From the NCBI GenBank assembly GCA_903876665.1, contig CAIRAY010000100.1, positions 22,228 to 54,227 on the forward strand: a DNA stretch of 32,000 nucleotides, read 5' to 3'. Of this stretch, positions 29,952-32,000 are shown piece after piece. The position numbers were made by a program, and so were the translations under genes. How positions within the stretch are numbered: position 1 is the first letter of the stretch; each line of letters begins with the position of its first letter. Origin of the DNA: an uncultured Fibrobacterota bacterium. GTDB taxonomy: Bacteria; Fibrobacterota; Fibrobacteria; Fibrobacterales; Fibrobacteraceae. The notes under the pieces were generated by a model. It saw only the letters and a program-made list of their open reading frames with translations, had not been told where the DNA came from and made no database searches.

Positions 29952-30959
29952 ATGACGGAAGAATTGCGATTAAAACCCCTACTGATCACCGGTCTCCCCG
30001 GTGTGCCGGGGTGGAATCTGTTTCATTGGTTCCAGAAACGTTGGCCCGGGCTTGTTGTAGGCATTCGTCCCCCAGATAACCAAAAGGCCAATGTTCCCGG
30101 TTCGGTGGGAATTGATGCGCGAGACGGGCATCTGTTGGTCGACCTGTTTGAAAAGCATCAGTTTGGCGCAGTGATCGACGCCTCCGGCAATTGCGCTCTC
30201 AAGGCCTGCGAATGCGATCCGGCCCTCTCCGATTTGTTGAATTGCCAGTTTGGCGTCCATGTGGCGAAGCTCGCCCAGGAATATGGCTCGCGCTTGGTTC
30301 GCCTTTCTTCGGACCTTGTGTATTCCGGAGATGACAGCCACACCGCTCCTTACCGCGAAGAAGAAGAGCCAGACCCCGTTACTGAATATGGGAAGTCCAT
30401 GATGAAGGCCGAGGTTTTGATCGGTGAAATCAAGCCCGATTGCCATATTTTGCGCATTCCACTCCCCATGGGCCTCACGCCCGGGGGACATGCAGGTGCG
30501 ATCGACTGGATCGAATGGCGCTTCCGCAATGGACGGCCCGCCACCCTCTATTTCGACGAAAAGCGGAGCCCTATCCACAAAGACGATCTCGCAAAAGTGG
30601 TAGAATGGATTCTCCTGGAGGGTCCTATTCCGCCCGGTATTTACCACTGTGGTGGCCCGCGGGATGTAAGCCTTTATCAGATCGCCCAGATCATCAATGC
30701 CGTTGGCGGTTACGATCCGGGCCTCCTGGGCGGGTGCATGCGCATCGAGGCGGGCCCATTGCCTCCACGGGCGGGGGATGTGACCATCAGCTCCCAAAAG
30801 CTACTGCAATACATTCCAGCAGGCCTTATCCGCCCTTGGCCCATGGATTCCCGGCTGGTTCCTGACGGGGTGCAATGGCATCGCCTGGTCGACCGTTCCA
30901 CCTGGGGTGGGGGACACCAGATTCATCCGCTTTTGATCGATGGAAAGTATATTGAGTAA
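29952..30959 (+). CDS. SDR-family NAD(P)-dependent sugar-nucleotide reductase, RmlD-like
   Basis: LLITGLPGVPGWNLFHW (Rossmann, atypical Gly motif), RLVRLSSDLVYSGD, YGKSMMKAE (YxxxK), ILRIPLPMG, SPIHKDDLAKVVEW, GIYHCGGP. Confidence 0.8.
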   Translation: MTEELRLKPLLITGLPGVPGWNLFHWFQKRWPGLVVGIRPPDNQKANVPGSVGIDARDGHLLVDLFEKHQFGAVIDASGNCALKACECDPALSDLLNCQFGVHVAKLAQEYGSRLVRLSSDLVYSGDDSHTAPYREEEEPDPVTEYGKSMMKAEVLIGEIKPDCHILRIPLPMGLTPGGHAGAIDWIEWRFRNGRPATLYFDEKRSPIHKDDLAKVVEWILLEGPIPPGIYHCGGPRDVSLYQIAQIINAVGGYDPGLLGGCMRIEAGPLPPRAGDVTISSQKLLQYIPAGLIRPWPMDSRLVPDGVQWHRLVDRSTWGGGHQIHPLLIDGKYIE

Positions 30960-30962
30960 TCC

Positions 30963-31841
30963 ATGCCAAAACTATCTCGAATGCCAAAATTTCCAAAATT
31001 ACCCGTTTTTCCTCGGCCGCTCGTGATCGCCTATAAAATTGTCGATCGCATTTTCCGCATCATATTCCTTTTGTTAGCCACTTATGCCATTGTTTTCAGC
31101 ATTGGAGTCACCTGGGGCGCTTGGAAGGCCTACAACTACGGCATGGAAATCCTCAATGAGGTCCGGGTCCTAGAGACCAAAAATCCCAAAATGAGCAAGT
31201 ACATGGAGGCCCTGCAAGACAGTTCCCCCCGGCTTAAGATCCGCCATAAATTCGTGCCCCTCGACAGTATCAGCCCCTGGTTGCGCAAGGCTGTTATCGC
31301 CTCCGAAGACGCTGGCTTCTATTACCATCCTGGTTTCGATGTCAAAGCCATTGCAGATGCCATGGATGCCAACCGGACCCGTGGTAAAACTGTTTTTGGC
31401 GGGAGCACCATTACCCAGCAAATTTCGAAGAACTTGTTCCTCTCCAGCGAGCGTTCCTGGGAGCGCAAAGGAAAAGAGCTCGTTTATGCCCTTCTCATGG
31501 AAAAATACCTGGGCAAGGACCGCATCTTGGAATTGTACCTGAACTATGCTCAATGGGGCCAGGACATGTTTGGTTGCGAAGTGGCTTGTGAGCAGTATTT
31601 CAAAAAAACCTGCGCCAAAATTTCCATGGAAAACGCGATCAATCTTGCTGCTGTCCTTGCAAGCCCAGGCAAGCACCGTCCCGACATGATGAATTCCCAA
31701 TTCATGGCCAAGCGCCGGGCTGTTATTTACGGCAACATGTTCGGACCAGACAGCTCCCGTGACTCCACCAAGTCTGATTCCACCAAGGTTACGGATTCCT
31801 TAGCCGTCGAAAGCGAAACGGAAACAGAAGAAGCGGAGTAA
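30963..31841 (+). CDS. mtgA: Monofunctional biosynthetic peptidoglycan transglycosylase (GT51)
   Basis: VIASEDAGFYYHPGFD, GKTVFGGSTITQQISKNLFLSSERSWERKGKELVYALLMEKYLGKDRILELYLNYAQWG. N-terminal TM helix and acidic/Ser C-terminal tail. Confidence 0.92.
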   Translation: MPKLSRMPKFPKLPVFPRPLVIAYKIVDRIFRIIFLLLATYAIVFSIGVTWGAWKAYNYGMEILNEVRVLETKNPKMSKYMEALQDSSPRLKIRHKFVPLDSISPWLRKAVIASEDAGFYYHPGFDVKAIADAMDANRTRGKTVFGGSTITQQISKNLFLSSERSWERKGKELVYALLMEKYLGKDRILELYLNYAQWGQDMFGCEVACEQYFKKTCAKISMENAINLAAVLASPGKHRPDMMNSQFMAKRRAVIYGNMFGPDSSRDSTKSDSTKVTDSLAVESETETEEAE

Positions 31842-32000
31842 CCGCGCGGAAATTTCAGAACCTTTATTCAGCTTCACGACTGTCCAAAACAATTGGCAAA
31901 AGGCCTTACAATTCATCCCCGGCACTCCACACAGTGGAAATGTGTCCGTAACGGGCAAGCCCGAACGGTCCCACCGAGGGATCACAGAATTCTGCTGAAT

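Noticed and set aside
29979-30797. 272-aa minus-strand ORF inside the RmlD-like gene
   Set aside because: The plus-strand frame has SDR motifs; the antisense frame does not.
31800-31985. Short minus-strand ORF after mtgA
   Set aside because: Overlaps the mtgA 3' end, only 61 aa, no motif; the remaining right edge of the window is too short to assign.
1-32000. CRISPR, tRNA/rRNA, IS elements, phage genes, toxin-antitoxin or defence modules
   Set aside because: Looked for spaced repeats, cloverleaf-like segments, and transposase/integrase/nuclease-like translations in all intergenic regions and orphan ORFs; none seen.

Overview
The window is a gene-dense chromosomal segment dominated by conserved housekeeping genes. 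From left to right it contains: the 3' part of cobalamin-dependent methionine synthase (metH); a three-gene pseudopilin/PilX-GspK-like cluster; type IIA topoisomerase genes (parE, parC); lspA; two small secreted proteins of unknown function; htpG; a complex I operon on the minus strand (nuoA, fused nuoB-C, nuoD, H, I, J, K, L, M, N) with no nuoE/F/G; and a divergently transcribed pyruvate:ferredoxin oxidoreductase (nifJ). These are followed by a Ser- and Met-rich lipoprotein, a YgbA-family protein, an MBL-fold hydrolase, an RmlD-like SDR protein and a GT51 transglycosylase (mtgA). I saw no CRISPR array, rRNA/tRNA, transposase, integrase, toxin-antitoxin pair or recognisable defence system. I do not find a clearly novel system. 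The best leads are: (1) an EFG-less complex I with a NuoB-NuoC fusion, next to PFOR; (2) a perfect 6-4-6 inverted repeat in the nuo/nifJ divergent intergenic region; (3) a PilX/GspK-like protein carrying a repetitive, probably beta-solenoid, domain; (4) two small co-transcribed secreted proteins of unknown function. Gene content and the Ser-run lipoprotein are loosely reminiscent of Fibrobacterota or related phyla, but this is only an impression.
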